A stretch of DNA of 64,000 nucleotides, from assembly GCA_963790475.1 (NCBI GenBank), contig CAWBOS010000015.1, forward strand, positions 448,001-512,000. Reading direction: 5' to 3'. The position numbers and the translations under genes are program-made. Positions within the stretch are counted from its first letter, which is position 1; every line of letters begins with the position of its first letter. The notes beneath the pieces were generated by a model that was not told the origin of the DNA, did no database searches, and saw only the letters and a list, made by a program, of their open reading frames with translations. Below, piece after piece: positions 10,202 through 21,262 of the stretch. This DNA comes from an uncultured delta proteobacterium. Its GTDB lineage: Bacteria > Desulfobacterota > RBG-13-43-22.

Positions 10202-11413
10202 TTAACCGGAATGGCTGTGCAGTTTTATTTCAACCTTGTGTTCCAAATTCTTGTAATAATCCTGTAAAATAACCAAGACCTCAGGACGGCTGAATTCCTT
10301 GGGTACCTCTTCCCCTTCAGAAAGCATCTTCCGGAGTTTAGTGCCGCTCAACAGGAGGCGATCATCTTTTCCGTGGGGGCAGGTCTTCATAGAGGCCATA
10401 CCGCCGCACTTGTAACAATAGAAGGTCCAGTCGATTTTCAGGGGTTTAATCAATAAGGCCCCTTCCGGGATCTTCTCGAAAATATCCTGGGCATCAAAGG
10501 GACCGTAATAATCCCCAACCCCGGCATGGTCACGGCCGATAATCATATCCGTGGCCCCAAAGTTCTGACGGAAGACAGCGTGCAACAAGGCCTCTCTCGG
10601 TCCGGCGTAACGCATTTCCATAGGATAGCCCTTTTGAATGGCCCGGTCTTTGGGGAAGTATAATTCCACCAGGACATCGATACATTTTACTCGAACCTCA
10701 GCCGGGATGTCCCCTTCCTTCAACTTCCCCACTAACTGGTGAATAAAGACCCCGTCGGACACTTCCAGGGCTATCTTGGCCAGGTATTCATGGGAACGAT
10801 GCATGGGGTTACGAAGCTGTAAGGCGGCGATCTTTTTCCAGCCTTTTTCTTCAAAAATCTTGCGGGTTTCCGCCGGACGGGCATAAAGTCCCTTATACCT
10901 CTCCGGATAGTAACTTTCGCTGAACACCTTCACCGGACCGGCCAGATTGATCTCCGGTTGTTCCATAACCTTTTGGACTCCCGGGTGGGCGGGATCCGTG
11001 GTCCAGAATATCTGTTTGCACTCATATTCCTTATCAATAGTATATTTTTCCTTGACCTTCATGGAGCCCATTAATTCCCCAGTCTCATCATCAATCAGGG
11101 CGATCTCCTCACCTTCCTTGATCCCATCTGCCACGGCCTTGCTGGCGGACAAGGTAATCGGAATGGGCCAGAAAGTCCCGTCGATCATCAAGTATTTTTC
11201 ACAAACTCCCTTCCAGTCTGCCTTCCCCATGAATCCTTCCAAAGGGGTAAAAGCCCCGATCCCCAACATAATCAGGTCCGAGGTCTCACGGGTGGTCATT
11301 TTGACCTGTTTCAGACCTTTTGCCTTTTCCTTGGCGGCCTTTAAAGCCTCGCCTTCCAACAATAACGGTTTTAATTTCCCCTCTTTTCCGTGTGGGGGGA
11401 TCAAGTTTGACAT
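10202..11413 (-). CDS. sat: Sulfate adenylyltransferase (dissimilatory)
   Basis: [46 protein letters not shown]. Confidence 0.97.
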   Translation of the reverse strand: MSNLIPPHGKEGKLKPLLLEGEALKAAKEKAKGLKQVKMTTRETSDLIMLGIGAFTPLEGFMGKADWKGVCEKYLMIDGTFWPIPITLSASKAVADGIKEGEEIALIDDETGELMGSMKVKEKYTIDKEYECKQIFWTTDPAHPGVQKVMEQPEINLAGPVKVFSESYYPERYKGLYARPAETRKIFEEKGWKKIAALQLRNPMHRSHEYLAKIALEVSDGVFIHQLVGKLKEGDIPAEVRVKCIDVLVELYFPKDRAIQKGYPMEMRYAGPREALLHAVFRQNFGATDMIIGRDHAGVGDYYGPFDAQDIFEKIPEGALLIKPLKIDWTFYCYKCGGMASMKTCPHGKDDRLLLSGTKLRKMLSEGEEVPKEFSRPEVLVILQDYYKNLEHKVEIKLHSHSG

Positions 11414-11444
11414 AAGATTGTATCCTCCTTAAATAAAATAGAAT

Positions 11445-11498
11445 TTGTGAAAAGACGAACAAAAGTTGCGTATATCATGTTTTTTATTGCCCTGTCAA
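11445..11498 (-). promoter_or_regulatory. sigma70-type sat promoter with a possible Rex operator
   Basis: TTGACA (11493-11498) and extended -10 TGATATAC. TTGTGAA-AAGA-CGAACAA (11445-11462) resembles the Rex box TTGTGAA-N4-TTCACAA. Confidence 0.45.
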
Positions 11499-11665
11499 GT
11501 GAAAACTTTCTTTAACTGGGGTTTCAAGGGAAATTTGTACTCAGAAATTAAGGTAGTTAAAAATTAAATATAACTAATTATATTTAAATAATAATCTTAA
11601 GCCAATCTGAAATTCTGAGAATTATATTTCTGATGGTTGACCCCTGCTTTAAGCAGGTGTGCTTT

Positions 11666-12610
11666 TTAATCAGAGCAACGGCGATTTTCCAGGGCCAGTT
11701 CAATTAATCGATCCAATAAACCCGAAAAATCAATCCCGGCCGCCCTGGCAGCTAGAGGCAAAAGGCTGGTTTGAGTCATGCCTGGAATGGTATTGGTTTC
11801 CAATAAGATTATTTTTTCTTCTCGAATAATCATATCGGTTCGACTGTAACCTCTTAGATTCAAGGCGGTATGGGCCCGCATAGCGTATTCTTGAGCAAGT
11901 CTGGCCATAGATTCCGGCAATTCGGCCGGGCATATTTCCCGAGAGGCGTTCTCTCTATATTTTGCTTCATAATTAAAAAATTGATGATGTTCTGAGGGAA
12001 TAATCTCTACAATAGGCAAGGCTTGAAGGGATCGGTTTCCCAGTACCCCGGCGGTAATTTCCCGGCCCCTGATATATTCTTCAAGCAGTATCTCCTGATC
12101 TAGAGAAAATGTTTGATCGATTATTTCTGATAATTCTTTAATATCTTTGGCTATTTTAACTCCAATACTCGACCCTTCACAGTTGGGTTTAACCACGATC
12201 GGCCAGCCGAGTTCCCCAGCCACTGAATTCAAATCCAAATGGTCACCTTGGCGGGCAATCCGATCCCGGCCAACCGGCAGTCCTTCCAGTCGATATAACG
12301 CCTTGGTCAACCGTTTGTTAATGGCCATAGCGCTTCCTAAAACCCCGGAACCTTGATAGGGGATACCCAGCAATTCCAATAAGCCTTGAACCGTCCCGTC
12401 CTCCCCAAACCGGCCGTGGAGAATGATCAAGGCCACATCTATCCGGAGGGCATCGGCCACCAGAGGGGCCAAACCCTCTCTCAGATCATAGACAGAAACC
12501 TGATACCTTTCAGGACTTAAGGCCTTTTGAACTTCACCCCCGCTTTTAAGGGAAATCTCCCGTTCATTGGAAATGCCTCCTATCAGCAAGGCTACCCTGA
12601 GTTTCTTCAT
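11666..12610 (-). CDS. ddl: D-alanine--D-alanine ligase
   Basis: GGISNEREISL, LHGRFGEDG, EGSSIG, LETNTIPGMT. Confidence 0.95.
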   Translation of the reverse strand: MKKLRVALLIGGISNEREISLKSGGEVQKALSPERYQVSVYDLREGLAPLVADALRIDVALIILHGRFGEDGTVQGLLELLGIPYQGSGVLGSAMAINKRLTKALYRLEGLPVGRDRIARQGDHLDLNSVAGELGWPIVVKPNCEGSSIGVKIAKDIKELSEIIDQTFSLDQEILLEEYIRGREITAGVLGNRSLQALPIVEIIPSEHHQFFNYEAKYRENASREICPAELPESMARLAQEYAMRAHTALNLRGYSRTDMIIREEKIILLETNTIPGMTQTSLLPLAARAAGIDFSGLLDRLIELALENRRCSD

Positions 12611-13281
12611 TTTGATTGATCCTTTTCCGGAAGATAGATTTTTATCTCAATGTTGTGGGATTCTTTAAATCCTTTTAAAGGGGATAGCATCCCAACAATC
12701 CCACTCCGGGCAATATCCTGAACAAAATTATTCAAAGGGATATTTTTCCCATCCAAGATGACCCTGATAGAGGGCTTGTTCCGATTTTTTAAAAAGCGGT
12801 CTTCCACCAATTGAACGAGTCCCTCGGAATCTTCCGGCTTGAAATGAGGCAAGTCCGGTCGGAGGGGGACTTCTCCTACAGTGGCCACTATACTGCCCTT
12901 AATTTCCTTTAGAAGTTTTTCTTCCTGTCCTTTGGTCAACACCGCAATTTTGGGTTTATCCCCTTTTTTAAAACCCTCGGTCAGGATTATATCCCGTTCG
13001 GAGAAAAAGGATTGTTCAATCCGGTCCAGGGCCAGGGCATCCCTTTCTTCCATTTTTCCCCAAAAACCGATCTGTCCGGAACCGACCAGGACCACGCCAT
13101 CAGCCCCGGCCTGTCCGAACTTATGCGTATCTTTCCCGGGTTGATCCAGGGAGAAATCATGTCCGGTGTGTTTTATCATCCCAACGGTATACCCCTTGGC
13201 CTTCAGGATAGGGATCATTTTCTCCAACAGACGGGTTTTCCCGCTGTTGGAATATCCAACAATGGAAATAATCAGGGGCAT
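12607..13281 (-). CDS. mobB: Molybdopterin-guanine dinucleotide biosynthesis protein B
   Basis: GYSNSGKT P-loop, IKHTGH, GKDT, EGFK. Confidence 0.9.
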   Translation of the reverse strand: MPLIISIVGYSNSGKTRLLEKMIPILKAKGYTVGMIKHTGHDFSLDQPGKDTHKFGQAGADGVVLVGSGQIGFWGKMEERDALALDRIEQSFFSERDIILTEGFKKGDKPKIAVLTKGQEEKLLKEIKGSIVATVGEVPLRPDLPHFKPEDSEGLVQLVEDRFLKNRNKPSIRVILDGKNIPLNNFVQDIARSGIVGMLSPLKGFKESHNIEIKIYLPEKDQSK

Positions 13282-13717
13282 CTTTTCTCCTTTGTTTATT
13301 TATGAATTCCATGAAGTCGTTCCCAAAGAGGCTTGTTCTGGGAGGGGTCTGCAAAAAAAGACTTAAAGCCGTCTTTGAAATCGCCTATCTTCCCAGGTTA
13401 TCCTCCGGTCAAACGGTCTTCAAACCCCGTTAGAATCCGGGGTACTTATCGTTAGAATAAGCTATAAAAAAAGTCTCACATTTTTTCAAGTAAATAAGGG
13501 GCTCATTTAAATTTTCCCTTATGGAGTAACCTGCCCTCTTCGGTTTTTCTTCTTGATCTGCCGGCCTTCCTCATATATATAAAAAAAGCATCTAATTCCA
13601 AAGATCCCGAACCATCATTCCGGCGTTAGCTGGGATCAGATTTTGCGACGCATCAAGGTTCCCGCCGCCTGTCCCTGACCTGAAACGGGAACTGCCAGGG
13701 TGAGGGAGTTTTGAGAT

Positions 13718-14455
13718 TTGCCAGAACTTCCAAGTGCTGATAAAAAACCATCTTCCAAAGAACCTATGGCTCTGATGAAACCAGGGATATCCCTCAATCT
13801 TGTGGTCAATACCAATATTATTAGGGAAATTAATGACATTCGCGCGACAACTCTTCATGATATTTCGGGGGGAAAACTTATCCTGGCCCAGACCGATCCC
13901 CCTCTCTCAACCACCCATTTAAATAAAAGCATTATTATTTCTTTTTTGACTGAAGAAAAGGAAAATCCTGTTCGTTACGGGTTTCATGCTAAGGTTGTAG
14001 AATTCATCAAAGAATACCGATTGTCTTCATCCCAAACGGCTCCGGCCGTCGTTGTTCTGCAAAAAACACTCCCCGAGCGCTATAATCTTCGAATGTTTTA
14101 CCGCATTCACCCCCCGAGCAATTTTGGTCTGCAGATATCCATTGACGGCCAGCCGATGGGTATTGTTGATATATCAATCGGAGGAGCTACAATAAGCGCC
14201 ACGCTCAGCCAAAATCGGGAATTCAAGTTTGTGACGGGTAAAACCATTAGGGTTACCCTGGCCCTCGACGAACAACACTTTAACGTTGAAACACAAATCA
14301 AAAGAATATCTTTTCCGGACATTCAAAAATGGAGTCGTGAATTAGTATTTATAAGCCTTCAATTTTGTGACCGGAATCTGGAACTGGACCGGGTCCTGGG
14401 AGGGAAACTACTCGATATCCAGAGAAAATTACGTTCCAAGGGCCTTGATCCTTGA
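13718..14455 (+). CDS. PilZ-domain (c-di-GMP receptor-like) protein
   Basis: RMFYR and DISIGG motifs; start codon uncertain. Confidence 0.75.
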   Translation: MPELPSADKKPSSKEPMALMKPGISLNLVVNTNIIREINDIRATTLHDISGGKLILAQTDPPLSTTHLNKSIIISFLTEEKENPVRYGFHAKVVEFIKEYRLSSSQTAPAVVVLQKTLPERYNLRMFYRIHPPSNFGLQISIDGQPMGIVDISIGGATISATLSQNREFKFVTGKTIRVTLALDEQHFNVETQIKRISFPDIQKWSRELVFISLQFCDRNLELDRVLGGKLLDIQRKLRSKGLDP

Positions 14456-14654
14456 ATGCTTTCTTTCCTTTACTAATAGGGCTGAATGCCTATACCGGAT
14501 ATTCCGCCTCCCCTAAAACCTCTTCATAAAATCCGGGACCAAAAATTAAGTTAAAAAAATTATTCTTTTCTAACCCTTTTATTATACGTTACGATGAGAC
14601 GGATTGATTCCGGCCAATGATTCAAAGGAAAAAAAACTACTGGAGGCAATGACT

Positions 14655-16094
14655 ATGGATAAAAAGACCGGGTTCCATATGACCGCCGACGAATTTCGCC
14701 GCCATGGACGGGCCGTTGTGGATTGGATCGCCGATTACTATCAGAACATCGAATCGTTTCCGGTCCTGTCTCAGGTTCAACCCGGGCAGATTCGCGCTTC
14801 TCTCCCTAAGGACCCGCCCTTACAGGGTGAGAGTTTTGAGGAAATCCTTGCCGATGTGACCCGACTGATCCTGCCCGGGATCACCCACTGGCAGTCTCCT
14901 AACTTCTTTGCTTTTTTCCCGGCCAATGCCTCCGGACCTTCAGTTTTAGGAGAGCTGCTTTCCGCCGGACTGGGGGTCCAGGGCATGTTGTGGGCTACCA
15001 GTCCGGCCAGTACCGAGTTGGAAACCCATGTCTTGGACTGGCTGGTAGAAATGCTGGGTCTGCCGAAAAAATTCAACTCCCTCGGAAAAGGGGGCGGAGT
15101 GATCCAGGACACGGCTTCCAGTGCCTCACTAAGTGCCCTGCTGGCTGCCCGTGAACGGGCCACTGGTTTTCAGACCAACGAGAAAGGCTGCGACGGCCGG
15201 CTGGTGGCTTACACCTCAACCCAGGCCCATTCCTCCATTGAGAAGGCAGTCAAGATTGCCGGACTGGGGGTGAAGAACCTCCGGCTCATCGAGGTGGATC
15301 ACGGATTTGCCATGCAACCCGAAGCCCTGGCCCGGCAAATCGGGTTGGATCGTCAGACCGGTTTGATCCCCTGTTTTGTATCCGCTACCGTAGGAACGAC
15401 GTCTTCGAATGCCCTGGACCCTTTGCCTGAAATCGGCAGGATCTGCAAAAAGGAAGGATTGTGGTTTCATGTGGATGGGGCCATGTCCGGAACCGCCGCC
15501 CTCTGCCCTGAATATCGATTTATCCTTAATGGATTGGAAACAGCCGATAGCTTCTGTTTCAATCCCCACAAATGGATGTTTACCAATTTCGATTGCGACT
15601 GTTTCTTTGTGGCTGACCGGGAGACCCTGATCAACACCTTCAGTATCCTCCCTGAATATTTACGGAATAAGGCCTCCGAATCAGGAGCTGTTTTTGATTA
15701 TCGGGATTGGCATATCCAATTGGGAAGACGTTTTCGTGCTTTAAAATTGTGGTTCGTCCTTCGCTACTATGGAATCGAGGGCTTGCAGTATCATGTAAGG
15801 CAGCACATCAAACTGGCCCAAGCCTTTGCCCAGTGGGTTCAAGGAGACGACCGGTTTGAATTGGCCGCGCCGGCGCCGTTGAATCTGGTTTGTTTTCGAG
15901 TTAAAGGCAGCGATGAACAGAACCAACAATTGTTGGAAAAATTGAATCAAAGCGGGGTCCTTTATATATCTCATACCGCACTCAATGGTCGATATACCCT
16001 TCGTTTTTGCGTCGCCCAGACTAATACTGAGGAACGCCACGTGGTCCAGGCCTGGAAAAAAATTCAGGAAACCGCCGCACTGATTGTTAGCTGA
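14655..16094 (+). CDS. PLP-dependent aromatic-L-amino-acid decarboxylase family protein
   Basis: PGITHWQSP, AHSSIEKA, HVDGA, FNPHKW (PLP lysine), GRRFRALKLWF; GGAGG 8 nt before ATG 14655. Confidence 0.92.
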   Translation: MDKKTGFHMTADEFRRHGRAVVDWIADYYQNIESFPVLSQVQPGQIRASLPKDPPLQGESFEEILADVTRLILPGITHWQSPNFFAFFPANASGPSVLGELLSAGLGVQGMLWATSPASTELETHVLDWLVEMLGLPKKFNSLGKGGGVIQDTASSASLSALLAARERATGFQTNEKGCDGRLVAYTSTQAHSSIEKAVKIAGLGVKNLRLIEVDHGFAMQPEALARQIGLDRQTGLIPCFVSATVGTTSSNALDPLPEIGRICKKEGLWFHVDGAMSGTAALCPEYRFILNGLETADSFCFNPHKWMFTNFDCDCFFVADRETLINTFSILPEYLRNKASESGAVFDYRDWHIQLGRRFRALKLWFVLRYYGIEGLQYHVRQHIKLAQAFAQWVQGDDRFELAAPAPLNLVCFRVKGSDEQNQQLLEKLNQSGVLYISHTALNGRYTLRFCVAQTNTEERHVVQAWKKIQETAALIVS

Positions 16095-17648
16095 ATGAAA
16101 ACTAAAACTCCTTTGGTCAAAAAAATATTTCTCAAGCTGTCTCCCCCCAGTCTAAAGGATAACACGGCGGAGATCGATCGCCTCAATAAACAAGTCAAAA
16201 ATGTATTGGGGATCGAATCTCTATCCGTGCCCTTTGCTCGCATTTCTGAATGGGTTTCAATCATCCGGGACGCTGGATATCAAGTAACGGCCACAATAAC
16301 GATGACCCCACCATTATGTCCTATCATACATCTGGAACCGGGCGATACAACCCGGAGAAATTTCGGTCTGGCCGTGGATCTGGGAACCACCCGAATGGCC
16401 TATCAGCTCTGGGATCTGGCTCAGGGGAAATTATTAGTAGAAACCTCGAGTGAAAATCCTCAGACCCGATTCGGGGCCGATATCCTGACCCGGATTCATT
16501 ATGCCGACCATCCGGACCGCCTGAAAGAATTACAGGCACGTGTGATTTCCGAAATCAATGCTGTTCTTTCAAACTTCATCAGGGAATACCATCTCTCTTC
16601 TCAGGAAATTTTTGCCCTGACCCTGGCCGGCAACACCACCATGACTCATCTTTTTCTCGGGCTCAACCCGGCCTCTATTTGCCGGGAACCTTATATCCCC
16701 ATCCTCAATACCGTTGAACCCCTGACTGCTCAGGACTTAGGATTGAACCTCCATCCTCGGGCCGTGGTTTATTGCTTTCCCAATGTGGGCAGTTATCTTG
16801 GCGGAGATTTATTGGCCGGGATTCTAAATTCGAGACTCCATCAACAGGAGGCCCTTTCCATATTGGTCGATGTCGGGACCAATGCCGAAGTGGTCTTCGG
16901 CAATTCCGAGTGGCTGATCGGCTGTGCCGGTGCCGCCGGTCCGGCCTTGGAAGGTGGAGTGGCCCAGATGGGCATGGTGGCCGACGACGGGGCCATTGAA
17001 AAAGTCCGGATCGATCCGAAAACCAAAGAATTAAGTTATTCCTTGATCGGCCAGGGTCTCCCGAGAGGGATTTGCGGCTCCGGCCTGGTCGACTTGACTG
17101 CCGAATTATTTATGGCCGGCCTTCTGGATATTAGAGGAAAATTTAATTTAAAAGAACCCACGGATCGCTGGATAAAAATTGACGACCAACCGGCTTATTT
17201 ATTGGTCCCGGCCGAGGAAACTGCCAATCATCTCCCCATCGTCCTCACCCAGGTGGATCTGGATATTCTGCTCCGGTCCAAGGCGGCCATGTACACCATA
17301 CTGACCACCCTGGTACAGTCGGTTGGATATGAGTTGAACGATATCGAACAATTTTTTGTCGCCGGCGCCTTTGGCAACCATATCGATCCCCGAAGGGCCG
17401 TCATCCTGGGCTTGCTCCCGGACCTGCCTTTGGAACGCTATATTCCTTTGGGAAATACCTCGCTCAAGGGGGGAGCCGATGTGCTGCTGAATTATCAGGC
17501 CATGGAAGAGGTAAATAAAATCGCCGATAAGATTACCTACCTGGAAATGAACGTCAACCAGGATTTTATGAACCGTTTCAGTGCCGCCCGCTTCATCCCC
17601 CACACCGACCCGAACTTGTTTCCTTCGGTACTACGACCCGAGAATTAA
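16095..17648 (+). CDS. ASKHA-domain RACo/AcsV-like corrinoid reductive activator (DUF4445), lacking the N-terminal 2Fe-2S domain
   Basis: DLGTT, GNTTM, DVGTNAE, AAGPALEG, GICGSG, AGAFG, IPHTD. Confidence 0.88.
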   Translation: MKTKTPLVKKIFLKLSPPSLKDNTAEIDRLNKQVKNVLGIESLSVPFARISEWVSIIRDAGYQVTATITMTPPLCPIIHLEPGDTTRRNFGLAVDLGTTRMAYQLWDLAQGKLLVETSSENPQTRFGADILTRIHYADHPDRLKELQARVISEINAVLSNFIREYHLSSQEIFALTLAGNTTMTHLFLGLNPASICREPYIPILNTVEPLTAQDLGLNLHPRAVVYCFPNVGSYLGGDLLAGILNSRLHQQEALSILVDVGTNAEVVFGNSEWLIGCAGAAGPALEGGVAQMGMVADDGAIEKVRIDPKTKELSYSLIGQGLPRGICGSGLVDLTAELFMAGLLDIRGKFNLKEPTDRWIKIDDQPAYLLVPAEETANHLPIVLTQVDLDILLRSKAAMYTILTTLVQSVGYELNDIEQFFVAGAFGNHIDPRRAVILGLLPDLPLERYIPLGNTSLKGGADVLLNYQAMEEVNKIADKITYLEMNVNQDFMNRFSAARFIPHTDPNLFPSVLRPEN

Positions 17649-17765
17649 ATCTCAAATCCGCCGGGATTCCCGGAGCGAAAAAATAAGCTTTAACCTGAAG
17701 GAGAAACCTCCCAGGGTCGGCAAAAAGAGGACTAAAAAGAATGAGATTAAAGGCCTTTTCCTTAA

Positions 17766-19138
17766 CTAAATTAATAGATTTAGAGCCTCCTGGGCATACA
17801 CTATTTTTATCCGGCATTCATCCTTCTTATTGAAGGTTAATGTGGCGCTTTTTAAGAAAGAGTTGGAATTTCTATCCATAACAAAAGTCTTACCGGAAAT
17901 TCTGGCAGCGGTGACCGGGAACTGAATATCGGTTTTTGCTGCCGGATGTTTTAGAGCCAGGAGAAGGGACTGTAATGATTTATTCTTTTCCGGATTGGGT
18001 TTAAGCGAAACCGATGATTTGACCGCAGGCGCCAAATAATCATTGACATAAGACGGTATCATCGTTCGTCCCTGTTTCACCCCTGCTGTAAATACAGCCA
18101 CTAAATCCAAATCCGGCATTATACAAATGGTTTGCCCAAATCGTCCCTCTGCCTCAAATCTTTTGTTAGTAAATCCAGGCCCCCCCATCACCCACCACTG
18201 GTAACCATAACCATAGCCGCTGGAATCATTGAAATCTACTTGCTTTTTTGTGGCTTCTTCCACCCAATCCGCGGGAACAACCTGCTTGTCCTCCCAAACA
18301 CCATGATTCAAAAAAAGAAAGCCGAATTTCTCCATATCCCGTGGTGTTAAATAAAGGCCCCAGCCGCCGATGGTTAAATTTTGGCTATCTGATAACCAAA
18401 AATCAGAAATGCCAATGGGTTTAAATAGTTTCTTTCTGGCATAACCCGAAGGATTATAACCCGTGGTCTTTTTTACAATCGCGGATAGGAGATGAGACAC
18501 TCCGCTATTATAATTGAAAGTATCTCCAGGGTTGCTGATCATGGGTTGATTAAGAACGAATCCGACCCAGTCGCTACTTCTGGCCATTATAAATATCGGA
18601 TCAGTTATATCATAAGTGCGCTCTTTCCATTCCAGACCGCTGGTCATGGTTAAGAGGTTTTTCAAGGTCACCGATTTTTTTCTATCATCAAGGTTGGTTA
18701 ATTTATATTCAAGAAAGAAATCAAAGACCCTCTGTTCAACCGATTCAATCAATCCCTCACCTTTAGCAATCCCGATCAATGTGGAAGTAAAGCTTTTGGT
18801 GCAGGAGAGATGATGAAAATAGGCTTCATCATAAGGATTAAAATAGGCTTCCGTAACCAGGTACCCGTGGCGGACAATCAAAACACTGTGAATATCCTCA
18901 TTTTGATCGATGATAGCCTTAAACATCTTAAGCAACATCTCAGAATCCATTCCCTGTTCTTCGGGCGTAGAAATTTTCCAGGCGTCAGTAGGCCAATAAT
19001 CCCCCTGAATAGCTGATTGGCTTACTGTCTTAGTAAAAGAATTATCAGATTTATTGACATTGGGTATGGTGCCAGAACAGGCAAAGAGAAAAATAGCTGC
19101 TAATATAACTGGAATATTTTGGAAATTTTGATTTTCAT
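17766..19138 (-). CDS. Serine hydrolase (beta-lactamase/AmpC-like) lipoprotein; apparent frameshift in the signal peptide
   Basis: SCTK, YNS, LTPRDM, YGYQWW. The frame extends upstream through YWPTDAW and the LFAC lipobox; the ATG near 19138 is one frame off. Confidence 0.8.
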
Positions 19139-19161
19139 TTTCCCCCCCTTACCCTTTTTGC

Positions 19162-20355
19162 TCAATTTATGGCTAAAAGCGCCCAGAAAAGGACCCCCTT
19201 CCAGAACACGCCTTCGTCCGGGTTGAACGTGGGTGAATGCTGCCCGCCCGACCCCGGTGTGTAGGCATCAATCAGGAACATCGCGCCAGGGACGCCATAA
19301 AGGTAGTGAGCGAAGTCTTCACCCCCCAGTAAGGGAGGAATTTCTCTCACCTCCTGACCGTTCCGTCTAAGCAGGGCGAAAACGCGGTTGAAAATCTCAG
19401 GGTCGTTATGGAGCGCGGGATGCCCATAAAAGGGCGTAGCTTCAAGTTCAGCCCCCATGCTGTCGGCCACTGCCTTGACCTCGGCGATGAGCTTACCGGT
19501 CATCTCCTTGTGCCGCTCGCTTGGAAAAAGTGTCCGAAATCCATACCACAACTCGGCCTGGGCCGGCATCACGTTACTACCTTTACCCGTGTTCAAGATG
19601 ACTGGCTCGAGAGCGACCGGGTCTGTGGGTCTGAAATAGCGGGCGGCAAACGTGTCCAGGCGACTCATCACCGCGTGAGCCACCCGAAGCGCATTCACTC
19701 CCAGGCTGGGTTCGCCGGCGTGGCCTCCCGATGCAGTCAAGAGAAAACGAACGCGGCCCGAATTGCCGAGCATGGCCCCTGCGCGAGACAGGAACACACC
19801 GTGAGTTCCCTCCTCTCCGGCCCCGATGTGGAGGGCATAGGCCGAGCTTATACTATGCAGCACACCCTCCTTGACGAGGAGGTAGCCCCCCGAGACAGGC
19901 TCCGGAGATGTCCCCGGGTTCTCCTCGGCGTCCTGGAAGACTAAACGAAGGTGATGATTTGGCAAAACGCTTCCCTCGGAAACACACCTGAGAAATCCCA
20001 GGAGCATCGCGGTATGCGTATCATGGCCGCAGGCATGTGAGATTCCCTCCGTCTGCGAGGAATACTCAAGTCCAGTCTTTTCGGGCACCGGTAGAGCGTC
20101 AAAATCGGCCCGGAATAGAAGGCGGTCATGACTTCCTTCGATGTCAATATCGACCATGATACCGCCCCTCAATTTGAGCGGGGGCTGAATGGCCACATTC
20201 CCATAGTTCCGGTCAGCCAGGGAGATCACCTCATCCAGAATGCGCCGGCGGGTGAGAACCGTCTCATACCGGATTTCAGGATGGCGGTGGAACTCGCGAC
20301 GTATCTCCACTACATAGCTCTGTTGGCTCTGAGCCGCTTTCATCAGATTCTTCAT
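19162..20355 (-). CDS. M20D amidohydrolase
   Basis: RREFHRHPE, RADFDAL, HACGHD, AEE, GGEDF, HSPTF. Confidence 0.92.
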   Translation of the reverse strand: MKNLMKAAQSQQSYVVEIRREFHRHPEIRYETVLTRRRILDEVISLADRNYGNVAIQPPLKLRGGIMVDIDIEGSHDRLLFRADFDALPVPEKTGLEYSSQTEGISHACGHDTHTAMLLGFLRCVSEGSVLPNHHLRLVFQDAEENPGTSPEPVSGGYLLVKEGVLHSISSAYALHIGAGEEGTHGVFLSRAGAMLGNSGRVRFLLTASGGHAGEPSLGVNALRVAHAVMSRLDTFAARYFRPTDPVALEPVILNTGKGSNVMPAQAELWYGFRTLFPSERHKEMTGKLIAEVKAVADSMGAELEATPFYGHPALHNDPEIFNRVFALLRRNGQEVREIPPLLGGEDFAHYLYGVPGAMFLIDAYTPGSGGQHSPTFNPDEGVFWKGVLFWALLAIN

Positions 20356-20397
20356 CAATGCCTCTTCTAATGATGCCAAATAAATGGAAGAAATAGT

Positions 20398-21122
20398 TCA
20401 TTCATTTTTGATTGAATCCCATAATAGTAATTCATGTTCAGCAAGTTTTCGGAGATTGCCTACTAATAACTCCCTATTTTCATATTTCATTCCAACAGTA
20501 GCGATCTCATTTAAAAACTTCACCGTAACTTTTCCTGGTCTTATTTTCCATTCTCCATAGGGTAAACAATTATTAGAACCATGGAACATTACGGGAAAAA
20601 TTTTAGCGTTTGCTTGAATTGCGAGAACAGCCGGTCCCTTTTTGTATGGGATCAATGACCCATTAACAGATCGTTTGCCTTCAATCGAAAGATAAACAGC
20701 CCGCCTTTTCGAAGATAAGACTCTGCCTTCTTAAATTTTCTCTTGGATTGCTTTGGGAGTTGCCGAATAATCACCCAACCAAAAATCCATGATATCCAAC
20801 CCATAAAAGGGATTAGAGCGTATTCAATGTTCCAAATTGACATAAATACCCTTGGTGCTATTATCTGGCCGATTATTGGATCTATCAGGCTTTGTTGCGT
20901 AAGTCCGACCACAACACCTCCTGAAGATAGGTCAAAGTTTTGGTCTTCATATTCGACAATTACTCCAACTCCAAACATTTTTAAAAAAATCCGACCCCAG
21001 GTGACAATGATCACCCATGCAGCAGATCGGCTTATAAGTCCTACTGGTATTGCAATTGAATACATAAGAATTAATAGAATAAAAGAGTTCAGATAACGGA
21101 ATAGGTAGCTGAAGAGGTTCAT
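20398..21122 (-). CDS. Lysophospholipid acyltransferase (PlsC-like), frameshifted near 20698
   Basis: QQSLID motif, then in a shifted frame SIEGKRS..YKKG..RPGKVTVKF; AT-rich. Confidence 0.7.
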
Positions 21123-21262
21123 TCAAACAATCCTTTGTATCGAATTATTTGTGGTGGGTGACATCCTGCCGGAGGAAATGAATGTTTTATTGGATGGATC
21201 TTTTGGGATATGGATCTGGGCCATGAATCTCCTCAAGATCTTCAGGAAGGGTATTTGAAAGA

